Positions 1 through 7,763 of a stretch of DNA of 32,000 bases are shown here, piece by piece (positions within the stretch are counted from its first letter, which is position 1; every line of letters begins with the position of its first letter). This DNA is from Bacteroides phage crAss001, in sequence record NC_049977.1; one strand, given 5' to 3'. Made by a program: the position numbers and the translations under genes. Below the pieces are notes generated by a model. That model saw only the letters and a program-made list of their open reading frames with translations, was not told where the DNA came from and made no database searches.

Positions 1-1
1 A

Positions 2-883
2 AAGAAACAAGCAGTAATAGAGGACAATGATGAACCTATTAGCTGCCTAAGAAATGAAAGAGTTATAGTAAGGTTTGTTCCCAAGCAAACTGGTTTAGTT
101 TCAAACCCTAAGCATATCCTATATGGAGGTATGGCAGAAGCAGCAGTAAGATGGTTTACTCTACCAAGATTAAGTTCTGGTATGTATGTAAATGCTCTCA
201 CTGATAAAGAGAAAGCCTATCTTGAAGAGATAATGGGTCTTGAATACAATGCTCTATCTATCTATAAGAAGGTAGATAACTTCTGGGATAATTATACAGT
301 GAGATTGACTAAGCAAGATAATTTCTTGAACTTGGCTGACCCTGATGATTATATCAAATATAAAATCCTTTTAGCAAACAAGGACTATATTGCATCTTCT
401 CTTCAAGAGCTGCAAGATAGACCTAAAATGACTTACCAGTTTGTAATTGTACAGGAAGGTGAAGAAGCTAAGACTGCTAAGAAGGAAATGAATGCTACAA
501 TGCAGTCATACATGAAGTTTGGTGAAATTCAAGATAATGCTGATAAGCTGAGAGTAATCATTGAAACTATTGATGGTAGACCTCTTGCTAAGACAACTAA
601 GATTGAATTCTTACATGAGAAGATTAACAAGCTAATTCAAGCTGACCCAAAACTTTTCTTAAGAGTTGCAGAAGACCAGTATCTTGATACTAAAGTTCTG
701 ATTAAGAAGGCTATTGAAGAAGGTCTAATTAGTAACAGAGGTGGTATGTTATACCTGAAATCTGATGGCTCTCCTCTATGTGGAGATAATGAAGAACCTA
801 CTTTGAGTGTAGCTGCTAAGTTCTTAAGTGCTCCTAAGAGACAGGAATTGAAGTTCAGTCTGGAAGCAAAGCTAAAAGAATAA
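2..883 (+). CDS. Conserved phage structural protein, 5'-truncated by the window edge
   Basis: The ORF track starts at Met 131, but the same frame is open back to base 2 (KKQAVIEDNDEPISCLRNERVIVRFVPKQTGLVSNPKHILYGG-MAEAAVRWFTLPRL...), so the true start is upstream. Function inferred only from its position ahead of the structural block. Confidence 0.75.
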   Translation, partial: KKQAVIEDNDEPISCLRNERVIVRFVPKQTGLVSNPKHILYGGMAEAAVRWFTLPRLSSGMYVNALTDKEKAYLEEIMGLEYNALSIYKKVDNFWDNYTVRLTKQDNFLNLADPDDYIKYKILLANKDYIASSLQELQDRPKMTYQFVIVQEGEEAKTAKKEMNATMQSYMKFGEIQDNADKLRVIIETIDGRPLAKTTKIEFLHEKINKLIQADPKLFLRVAEDQYLDTKVLIKKAIEEGLISNRGGMLYLKSDGSPLCGDNEEPTLSVAAKFLSAPKRQELKFSLEAKLKE

Positions 884-887
884 AGAT

Positions 888-1604
888 ATGAATGTTAATG
901 AATTTTCTAATGAATTTGATGTACTCTATAACAACATAATGAGCAATGCTGCTCCGGGGTTAAATGAGTATGAAAAGTCTGTACTGCTTACTAAGGCTCA
1001 GGAAGAGATAGTTAAGAACTATTTTGAACCAGCAGGTAATAAGTATGGAAAAGGATTAGATGATTCACCAAAAAGACAAATAGATTTTTCAGAATTAATA
1101 AAGGTAGGGGAAGGAGTACTTAATACAAGTGCTCCTACTATCACCTTTGATAAGAGAGCTAAGGTATATGATTTACCTGCTGACTTATTCTTGGTTATAA
1201 ATGAGGCTGTTGATACTAATGCAGGGACTAAACAGATAGTTCCAATCAGTTATTCTGATTATACAAGGCTTATGTCAAGACCTTACAAGGAACCAGTTAA
1301 ATATCAGGCATGGAGAATAATTACTACTTCTATAAACAATATCTCTGTAGAATTAATAGTAAACAGTAATGAAACTATTACAGACTATAAGGTAAGATAT
1401 ATAAGAAGACCTGCTCCAATTATCACTACTAATCTATCTTCTGAATATGGTGATGTCACAATAAATGGTGTAAGCACTGTTTCAGAATGTGAGCTTAACC
1501 CAATTATTCATAGTGAGATATTACAGAGAGCAGTTGAATTGGCTAAGGCAGCTTACCAAGGAGATTTGCAGGCAAGTGTTGAATTAGGACAAAGAAGTGA
1601 ATAA
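888..1604 (+). CDS. Putative virion structural/head-tail protein, paralog A
   Basis: 238-aa ORF. Shares the N-terminal pattern (F.LL/LYN...L.EYEKS..LT.AQE..) and C-terminal pattern (INGVST.SECELNP..H..IL.RAV.LA) with the next ORF. Stop/start overlap TAATG at 1602-1606. Confidence 0.75.
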   Translation: MNVNEFSNEFDVLYNNIMSNAAPGLNEYEKSVLLTKAQEEIVKNYFEPAGNKYGKGLDDSPKRQIDFSELIKVGEGVLNTSAPTITFDKRAKVYDLPADLFLVINEAVDTNAGTKQIVPISYSDYTRLMSRPYKEPVKYQAWRIITTSINNISVELIVNSNETITDYKVRYIRRPAPIITTNLSSEYGDVTINGVSTVSECELNPIIHSEILQRAVELAKAAYQGDLQASVELGQRSE

Positions 1605-2296
1605 TGACTAATAAAGAATTTTCTGATGGATTCAGTACTTTACTTAACTCATTTGGTATCACTCCTAATATAACCCTTGATGAATATGAGAAATCAACAT
1701 TTCTCACTAATGCTCAGGAACAACTGATTATTGACATCTACTCTGGAAGGAACATTATTTATGGTAAGTCCTTTGAACAGACAGAAGAAATAAGAAGATA
1801 TTTGAGCAATTTGGTGGAGACCTATGAAACAAGTACTAAGGTTACAGGAAAGCTGGGACTATCAAAAGATTCAGTATTCTTTGAGATACCACAAGATACT
1901 TGGTTCATTACTTATGAAGTGGCATTCCTCAAGGATAGTAGATTAGGTTGCTTGGATGGTATAGAGGCAAGTGTGGTTCCATTACCACAGGATGATTTAT
2001 ATAGAGCAAAGGATAATCCATTTAGAGGACCAAGTAAAGACAGGGTACTAAGACTTGATATAAAAAGTGACTTAGCTGAGTTAATCAGCAAGTATAATGT
2101 GGATAAATATTTAATGAGATATATCTCTCAACCCACTCCTATTATACTGGTAGATTTACCTGATGGACTAAGTATCAATGGTGTAAGTACTGAAAGTGAA
2201 TGTGAACTAAATCCTGTAGTACATAGAGCAATACTTGAAAGAGCTGTACAGCTTGCCATAATAAGTAAAACTCAACTGACAGGAAATAAAGAATAA
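1604..2296 (+). CDS. Putative virion structural/head-tail protein, paralog B
   Basis: 230-aa ORF, paralogous in layout and motifs to 888..1604. Confidence 0.75.
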   Translation: MTNKEFSDGFSTLLNSFGITPNITLDEYEKSTFLTNAQEQLIIDIYSGRNIIYGKSFEQTEEIRRYLSNLVETYETSTKVTGKLGLSKDSVFFEIPQDTWFITYEVAFLKDSRLGCLDGIEASVVPLPQDDLYRAKDNPFRGPSKDRVLRLDIKSDLAELISKYNVDKYLMRYISQPTPIILVDLPDGLSINGVSTESECELNPVVHRAILERAVQLAIISKTQLTGNKE

Positions 2297-2327
2297 ATAT
2301 AAATGTTTAATTAAACTAAAAAAGATT

Positions 2328-3329
2328 ATGGTAATTTCTATTAATCAAGTAAGACAGCTATATGTTGCAAAGGCTCTCAAAGCTAATACAGCAGCCCTTA
2401 CAACTGCTGGTGATATTGTACCAAAGGCAGATACAGCTAAGACTACTCTGTATTTTCAGTCTATGTCTCCTGCTGGGATTGTAGCAAGTGATAAGATTAA
2501 CCTTAAGCATGTATTATATGCAAAGGCTACACCATCAGAAGCTTTGGCTCATAAGCTGGTTAGATACTCAGTTACTCTTGATGCAGATGTATCTGCAACT
2601 CCTGTAGCAGGTCAGAATTATATCTTGAGATTGGCTTTCAGACAATACATTGGTTTGTCAGAAGAAGACCAATACTTCAAGTATGGTGAAGTAATTGCAA
2701 GAAGTGGAATGACTGCATCAGATTTCTACAAGAAGATGGCTATTTCTTTAGCTAAGAACCTTGAGAATAAGACAGAATCTACTCCTCTTGTAAATATCTA
2801 TCTTATCAGTGCAGCAGCAGCTTCTACAGATGTTCCAGTTACATCAGCTACTAAGGAGTCAGATTTAACTGCAACTGACTATAACCAAATCATCATTGAA
2901 GAAACAGAACAACCTTGGGTTCTTGGTATGATGCCTCAGGCATTTATTCCTTTTACTCCTCAGTTCTTAACTATTACAGTTGATGGTGAAGATAGACTTT
3001 GGGGTGTTGCAACTGTAGTTACACCTACTAAGACTGTTCCTGATGGACATCTTATTGCAGACCTTGAATACTTCTGTATGGGTGCAAGAGGTGACATCTA
3101 CAGAGGAATGGGTTATCCTAACATTATTAAGACTACTTACTTGGTAGACCCAGGTGCAGTTTATGATGTACTGGATATCCACTATTTCTACACAGGAAGC
3201 AATGAATCAGTTCAAAAGTCTGAAAAGACTATTACACTGGTTGCTGTAGATGATGGTAGTCACACTGCAATGAATGCTCTAATTGGTGCTATCAACACTG
3301 CATCAGGGCTTACAATTGCTACCCTATAA
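2328..3329 (+). CDS. Putative virion structural protein (crAss-like type, MVISINQVRQLYVAKAL...)
   Basis: 333-aa ORF, beta/Ala/Thr-rich, followed immediately by a strong terminator. Position fits a capsid or head-tail component. Exact role not established from sequence. Confidence 0.65.
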   Translation: MVISINQVRQLYVAKALKANTAALTTAGDIVPKADTAKTTLYFQSMSPAGIVASDKINLKHVLYAKATPSEALAHKLVRYSVTLDADVSATPVAGQNYILRLAFRQYIGLSEEDQYFKYGEVIARSGMTASDFYKKMAISLAKNLENKTESTPLVNIYLISAAAASTDVPVTSATKESDLTATDYNQIIIEETEQPWVLGMMPQAFIPFTPQFLTITVDGEDRLWGVATVVTPTKTVPDGHLIADLEYFCMGARGDIYRGMGYPNIIKTTYLVDPGAVYDVLDIHYFYTGSNESVQKSEKTITLVAVDDGSHTAMNALIGAINTASGLTIATL

Positions 3330-3344
3330 ACAGGATATAGCATT

Positions 3345-3380
3345 AAAGGGGCATAGGGATACTATGCTCCTTTTTTTTTT
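3345..3380 (+). terminator. Rho-independent terminator
   Basis: AAAGGGGCATAG (3345-3356) / loop GGATA / CTATGCTCCTTT (3362-3373): 12-bp stem with one G-U, then a T run to 3380. Confidence 0.85.
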
Positions 3381-3400
3381 ATCAATTAAAAATATGAACT

Positions 3401-4075
3401 ATGCTAAAGAGATTTAATGGAATAATCTATATGTATAAATCTCCTTCTGGTAAGTATTATATAGGGCAAACTATTAGACCTAAGTTTAGGAAGAATGAAC
3501 ATGTAAGTAGAGCTTTTAATGGAAGTGAATTACCATTTCACAGAGCTATTAGAAAATATGGGATGGATTCTTTTGAATATTCAATTCTGTGTAAGATTAC
3601 TTGTTCTAATACTGAAACTCTTTCTGAGATTCTTAATAACCTTGAACAATACTATATAACTAAATATAATAGTAAAGTTCCTACAGGTTATAATGTTACA
3701 GAAGGGGGTGAAGGTAATTTGGGTATTGTATTAAGTGAAGAAACAAAATACAAAATGTCACTATCAAAGGTAGGACATAAATGTTCTACTAATACTAAAA
3801 AGAAGATGAGTGAATGGCAAGTTGGGAAGAAACTTTCTGAGGATACTAAAAATAAAATTAGAGACTCTCATGTAGGAAAAATTTGTAATAAAAGACCCTG
3901 TTGCCAATATACCTTAGATGGAGAATTTATCTCTGAATACAGTTCAATAAAGGAAGCAGCAGAAATGAATAATATTAATAAAGTGAGTATATCCCTTGTT
4001 TTATCTGGAAAACATAAAACAGCAGGAGGATATACTTGGAAATATAAGGAGGACAATAATAATGATGCACTTTAA
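3401..4075 (+). mobile_element. Free-standing GIY-YIG homing endonuclease with NUMOD3-like repeats and a C-terminal NUMOD1-like/HTH module
   Basis: N-terminus GIIYMYKSPSGKYYIGQT is a classic GIY-YIG signature; E in NNLEQYYITKYNS; repeated 'SEETKYKMSLSKVGH / TKKKMSEWQVGK / SEDTKNKIRDSHVGK'; 'YTLDGEFISEYSSIKEAAEMNNINKVSISLVLSGKHKTAGGYTWKYK'. Confidence 0.9.
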
Positions 4076-4712
4076 TGAGCTTAGGATTAGTCAGGATAAC
4101 AGATTTCTTATTATAGATGTATCTGTAGATAATCAGGACTACTTTGAGGATGTCCTATTAGATAGTATAGTCATTGATACCCAAGATACTTTTGTGATGA
4201 ATGGACCAAGTGACAATCCTCTTTATATATATAATGTAGAGGATGCCTATGATTTAACCTATTCTCTTCCTGAGCAATGTAATTGCAATCCAGTAAGAGT
4301 TGAGGAAGATGAATCATACTGTTTCACTTATGGTACACAACAAATGAAGAATGTAAGACTTGAATTGAATATTCAAGACTTAAAGGTTTCTCCTTGCAGT
4401 ACTATGTTTTTTGTGTATGTAAAGTCTAAAGGTACTCCATCAACTGATACTCCATGTGGATTTGATAAGGACCAAATATTAGGTACTGTAATTAACTTGC
4501 AACCTATATACAAACAGACTCTCAAGTATCTAAAGGAAGTAGAATGTGATTGTAATATACCAAAGGGTTTCATTGACATGATACTTAAGTTAAAGGCAAT
4601 TGAACTTTGTGTTAGAACAGGAAATTATCCACAGGCTATTAAGTACTGGAATAAGTTCTTCATAAAGAATAATTGTAAGTCTCCAACCTCTAATTGTGGA
4701 TGCTATGGATAA
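4062..4712 (+). CDS. Conserved crAss-like virion protein with Cys-rich motifs
   Basis: The ORF track starts at 3996 on a non-ATG codon. The tandem ATG at 4062/4065, preceded by AAGGAGGA (~4047-4054), is a better start. Protein MMHFNELRISQDNRFLIIDVSVDNQDYF...NCGCYG. Confidence 0.7.
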   Translation: MMHFNELRISQDNRFLIIDVSVDNQDYFEDVLLDSIVIDTQDTFVMNGPSDNPLYIYNVEDAYDLTYSLPEQCNCNPVRVEEDESYCFTYGTQQMKNVRLELNIQDLKVSPCSTMFFVYVKSKGTPSTDTPCGFDKDQILGTVINLQPIYKQTLKYLKEVECDCNIPKGFIDMILKLKAIELCVRTGNYPQAIKYWNKFFIKNNCKSPTSNCGCYG

Positions 4713-5049
4713 AATGCTTGAAATATCTGAGGAAGCCATCACAAGATACTTTACTACTCTATCTCAATTTGGATATAAGAAGTACAGTGATGTAGATAAG
4801 ATAATAGTTCTCTTCTTCATGGAAGAAATGTTAGCAGGAGAAATGTCTTATTATGTGACACAAGATGATTACAGAAATATAGTCAATGCACTATACTGTC
4901 TGGCAGGAAGTACTTGTATGATAGACTTTCCAATGTTTGAGAGCTATGATACTTTGGTTCATTCTAACAATAGAACATTTGTACCAAGAATAACAGAGGA
5001 TAGTATATTAAGAAGTACTGAGGATGATAACTTTAGAGTAGAAGCATAA
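4705..5049 (+). CDS. Small conserved phage protein of unknown function
   Basis: The track start 4696 is GTG; first in-frame ATG is 4705. Overlaps the previous ORF end and is followed by a hairpin. Confidence 0.6.
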   Translation: MDKMLEISEEAITRYFTTLSQFGYKKYSDVDKIIVLFFMEEMLAGEMSYYVTQDDYRNIVNALYCLAGSTCMIDFPMFESYDTLVHSNNRTFVPRITEDSILRSTEDDNFRVEA

Positions 5050-5075
5050 TCTTTATACCCTGAATATAAAAATAG

Positions 5076-5125
5076 TAAAACCCTTGTAAGTGTAGATAAT
5101 TTATTCTATATTTGCAAGGGTTTTA
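5076..5125 (+). terminator. Terminator-like inverted repeat
   Basis: TAAAACCCTTG (5076-5086) pairs perfectly with CAAGGGTTTTA (5115-5125). An inner TGTAGA/TCTATA stem with one G-U can extend it. Lies in a 100-bp intergenic gap. Confidence 0.6.
5083..5114 (+). promoter_or_regulatory. Candidate Bacteroides-type promoter (CTTG - 20 nt - TATATTTG)
   Basis: The -7 box TATATTTG (5107-5114) fits TAnnTTTG; an imperfect -33 CTTG is at 5083-5086. Lies upstream of ORF 5150. Confidence 0.5.
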
Positions 5126-5149
5126 AAGTATAACTAAATAATTAATAAT

Positions 5150-5827
5150 ATGACATACAATGAGTTAATCTATATGGTATTGGATGAACTTAAGTTGAGT
5201 TCTGATGATTCATACTACACTCCAGACCATGTTATATTTCTGCTTGTAAAGTATAGGTCATTCTTACTGAAACAGAGATATTCAGACATAAAGAAACAGA
5301 TACCAGATAGTGACTATCAGAGTATATGTTTAGACCTTATTGAGGTTCCAGCTATTAGTGGAGAACCTTGTGAAGGTAGCTCCTATTTAAGAAGTAAGAA
5401 TAAGGTTCCTACTACTATGATGATAGGTAATCCAAGAGTATATCCTATGGACTTCTATCAAGGTGAGATTACTTATATAAGTAGAGATAGAATGAGGTAT
5501 GTAGGTTATAATAAGTTTCTTAGAAATATAATCTACTGTTCAAAAGCTCCTGATGGCTATCTATATTTCAAGTCATGGAATCCTCAATTCCTGCATCTTG
5601 AAAAGGTAAGTTTCAATGCAATCTTTGAGGATGCTAAGGAAGCATCAGAAATGGCTTGTCCAGAAGAGAATGGTACAATATGTAAGTTAGAGGATAAGGA
5701 GTTCCCAATAGAAGATGCTTTAGTTCCTCCACTTATAGAGTTAGTAGTAAAAGAATTAAGGGGTCCTGAGTATAGTCCTAAGGATGAGGATAATAATGCA
5801 AAAGATGACTTACCAGATGCAAGATAA
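5150..5827 (+). CDS. Conserved crAss-like structural protein
   Basis: 225-aa ORF (MTYNELIYMVLDELKLSSDDSYYTPDHVIFLLVKYRSFLLKQRY...) in the tail/connector gene block. Confidence 0.6.
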   Translation: MTYNELIYMVLDELKLSSDDSYYTPDHVIFLLVKYRSFLLKQRYSDIKKQIPDSDYQSICLDLIEVPAISGEPCEGSSYLRSKNKVPTTMMIGNPRVYPMDFYQGEITYISRDRMRYVGYNKFLRNIIYCSKAPDGYLYFKSWNPQFLHLEKVSFNAIFEDAKEASEMACPEENGTICKLEDKEFPIEDALVPPLIELVVKELRGPEYSPKDEDNNAKDDLPDAR

Positions 5828-6518
5828 AGGGAAGTGGTTTGTATATTGTCATTATAAACCTACAGGAGAAATATTTTATGTTGGTATAGGGAGAAAAAGG
5901 TTTGGTAATACTCATTATCAAATTTATAAAAGGGCTTATGAAATTAATAGTAGAAACTTTTTATGGAAGAGAGTTTATAGTAAATATAAGGATAGAGTTG
6001 TAAAGATAGAATTTAATAATTTAGAGGAGACCCAAGCTAAAGAAAAAGAAAGGTTACTGATACAGTTACATGGAAGAATAATAAATAATGATGGATGTTT
6101 ATGTAATATATCAGAAGGAGGAGAGGGTAGAAGTGGAGACCACAGTAATGGTAAGAAAGTCTTTGTTTACTCTTTAAAAGGGAAATTTATAAAAGAGTTT
6201 TCATCAGCTAAAGAAGCTGCATACTCTTTAAATTTAACTGAGAAGAATGTAAATGCAGCAGCATCTATGAAAAGAAAAACCTGTGGAAACTACCAATTCA
6301 GATATGAGGATTATAAAGATATTGAGATTTCCAACTTTAGTAAATCCCCAAGAATTACTCCAAAGCCAGTATTAGCTACTAAAAATGGAACAACTTTAGA
6401 ATTTGAATCCTCTTATAAATTTATGAAATTCATTGGACTAAATAAAAATTCTCATATAAATGAATGTTTAAATGGAAAAAGAAAAAGAGTCATGGGGTGG
6501 GAGCTTAAGTTTAAGTGA
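5784..6518 (+). mobile_element. Divergent GIY-YIG homing endonuclease with NUMOD1-like/HTH repeats
   Basis: KWFVYCHYKPTGEIFYVGIG signature; E-rich helix; NNDGCLCNISEGGEGRSG; 'VFVYSLKGKFIKEFSSAKEAAYSLNLTEKNVNAAASMKRKTCGNYQFRY' and a second DNA-binding-like tail. The likely start is one of the in-frame ATGs at 5784-5817. Overlaps genes on both sides. Confidence 0.8.
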
Positions 6519-7059
6519 ATTTAAGAAGAAAGTAAAAAAAGTTAATGGTCCCAGACAATATAAGGTTAGGAACTCTCTTGGTGTGTATCATGGATATAAG
6601 TATTACAGAAAGAATAAGCCTGATAGTAAGGAATATGTTCTTACTGAGTCACAATACTTTGCTATCATAAGAAAGATAAACTTACTTCTGGTTGATGAAT
6701 TATTGATGGGTAATGATGTCAGACTTCCTAAATCAATGGGTACTATTGAGATAAGAAAGTATGATAGGAGAGTAAGGTTAGGAAAGGATGGAAAGATTCA
6801 TACTAACCTTCCTATAGACTGGGATAAGACACTTAAACTCTGGTATGAAGATGAAGAGGCTTTCAAAGATAAGACATTAGTTAGAGTAGAGGAGAATGAA
6901 ATCTTTAAGGTATATTATAATAGAGAGTCAGCTACCTACAATAATAATTCTTATTATGAATTCTTATTCAACAAAGATTTAAAGATAAGACTTAAACAAA
7001 GAATAAAGGAGGGTCTAATAGATGCTCCTTACTTAGAAAGGAAATTAAGATATGGTTAA
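6472..7059 (+). CDS. Conserved structural protein of the tail/ring block
   Basis: 195-aa ORF (SLSLSEFKKKVKKVNGPRQYKV...). Its first 47 nt overlap the C-terminus of the homing endonuclease in another frame. Confidence 0.6.
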   Translation: MEKEKESWGGSLSLSEFKKKVKKVNGPRQYKVRNSLGVYHGYKYYRKNKPDSKEYVLTESQYFAIIRKINLLLVDELLMGNDVRLPKSMGTIEIRKYDRRVRLGKDGKIHTNLPIDWDKTLKLWYEDEEAFKDKTLVRVEENEIFKVYYNRESATYNNNSYYEFLFNKDLKIRLKQRIKEGLIDAPYLERKLRYG

Positions 7060-7762
7060 TAATATTAATTGGGTAAAATTACCTGTAATCTTAGATAGGC
7101 TGTTAAGGCATCCCCTTCTTACAGATTTGAATCTGGAGACAGCTATTCAATATACACTGGACTTTATTAGTGCAATGGGACTTCCTAATGTCTATGTTGA
7201 TAAGATAGAAACTATAGATATTAAGGAGTACAGAGGTGAACTTCCCTGTGATTTAATCTCTATTAATCAGGTCAGATTACATAAGAATGGAATAGCACTT
7301 AGGGCAATGACTGATAATTTCAATGCCTATCCTACTCATGACCATAAGGAAGGAGATTGGTATGAGAGAGGAGAGCCTTCTTTCAAGACACAAGGTAGAG
7401 TGATATTTACTTCAATCAAACATGAAAAGGTGGATATTAGTTATAAGGCTATTATGTTGGATGATGAAGGTCTTCCTTTAATTCCAGATAACCCTATCTT
7501 CCTTAAAACACTGGAACTATACATCAAGAAAGAATGGTTTACTATCCTTTTTGATATGGGTAAGATAAGTCCTGCTGTACTAAATAATACTCAACAAGAG
7601 TATGCTTTCAAGGCAGGTCAATGTAATAATGAATTTGTGATTCCTTCTGTATCAGAAATGGAAGCTATCACTAATATGTGGAATCAACTTATTCCAAGAG
7701 TAACTGAGTTCAGAAGAGGATTCAAGAACTTAGGAGACAAGGAATATATAAGAGTACATTAA
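7052..7762 (+). CDS. Putative tail tubular/connector protein, P22 gp4-like family as annotated in crAss-like phages
   Basis: 236-aa ORF immediately upstream of the giant stabilisation protein ORF; N-terminus WVKLPVILDRLLRHPLLTDLNLETAIQYTLDFISAMGLPNVYVDKI. Assignment mainly by synteny. Confidence 0.55.
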   Translation: MVNNINWVKLPVILDRLLRHPLLTDLNLETAIQYTLDFISAMGLPNVYVDKIETIDIKEYRGELPCDLISINQVRLHKNGIALRAMTDNFNAYPTHDHKEGDWYERGEPSFKTQGRVIFTSIKHEKVDISYKAIMLDDEGLPLIPDNPIFLKTLELYIKKEWFTILFDMGKISPAVLNNTQQEYAFKAGQCNNEFVIPSVSEMEAITNMWNQLIPRVTEFRRGFKNLGDKEYIRVH

Positions 7763-7763
7763 T

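Noticed and set aside
3996-4061. Extended N-terminus of ORF 3996..4712 (MFYLENIKQQEDILGNIRRTII)
   Set aside because: It uses a non-ATG start inside the endonuclease ORF, while ATGATG at 4062 has a strong AAGGAGGA upstream.
3381-6518. Group I intron-encoded endonucleases splitting host genes
   Set aside because: The flanking ORFs appear to be separate complete genes rather than two halves of one, and I saw no clear intron core structure. Free-standing elements fit better, though alignment with relatives would be decisive.
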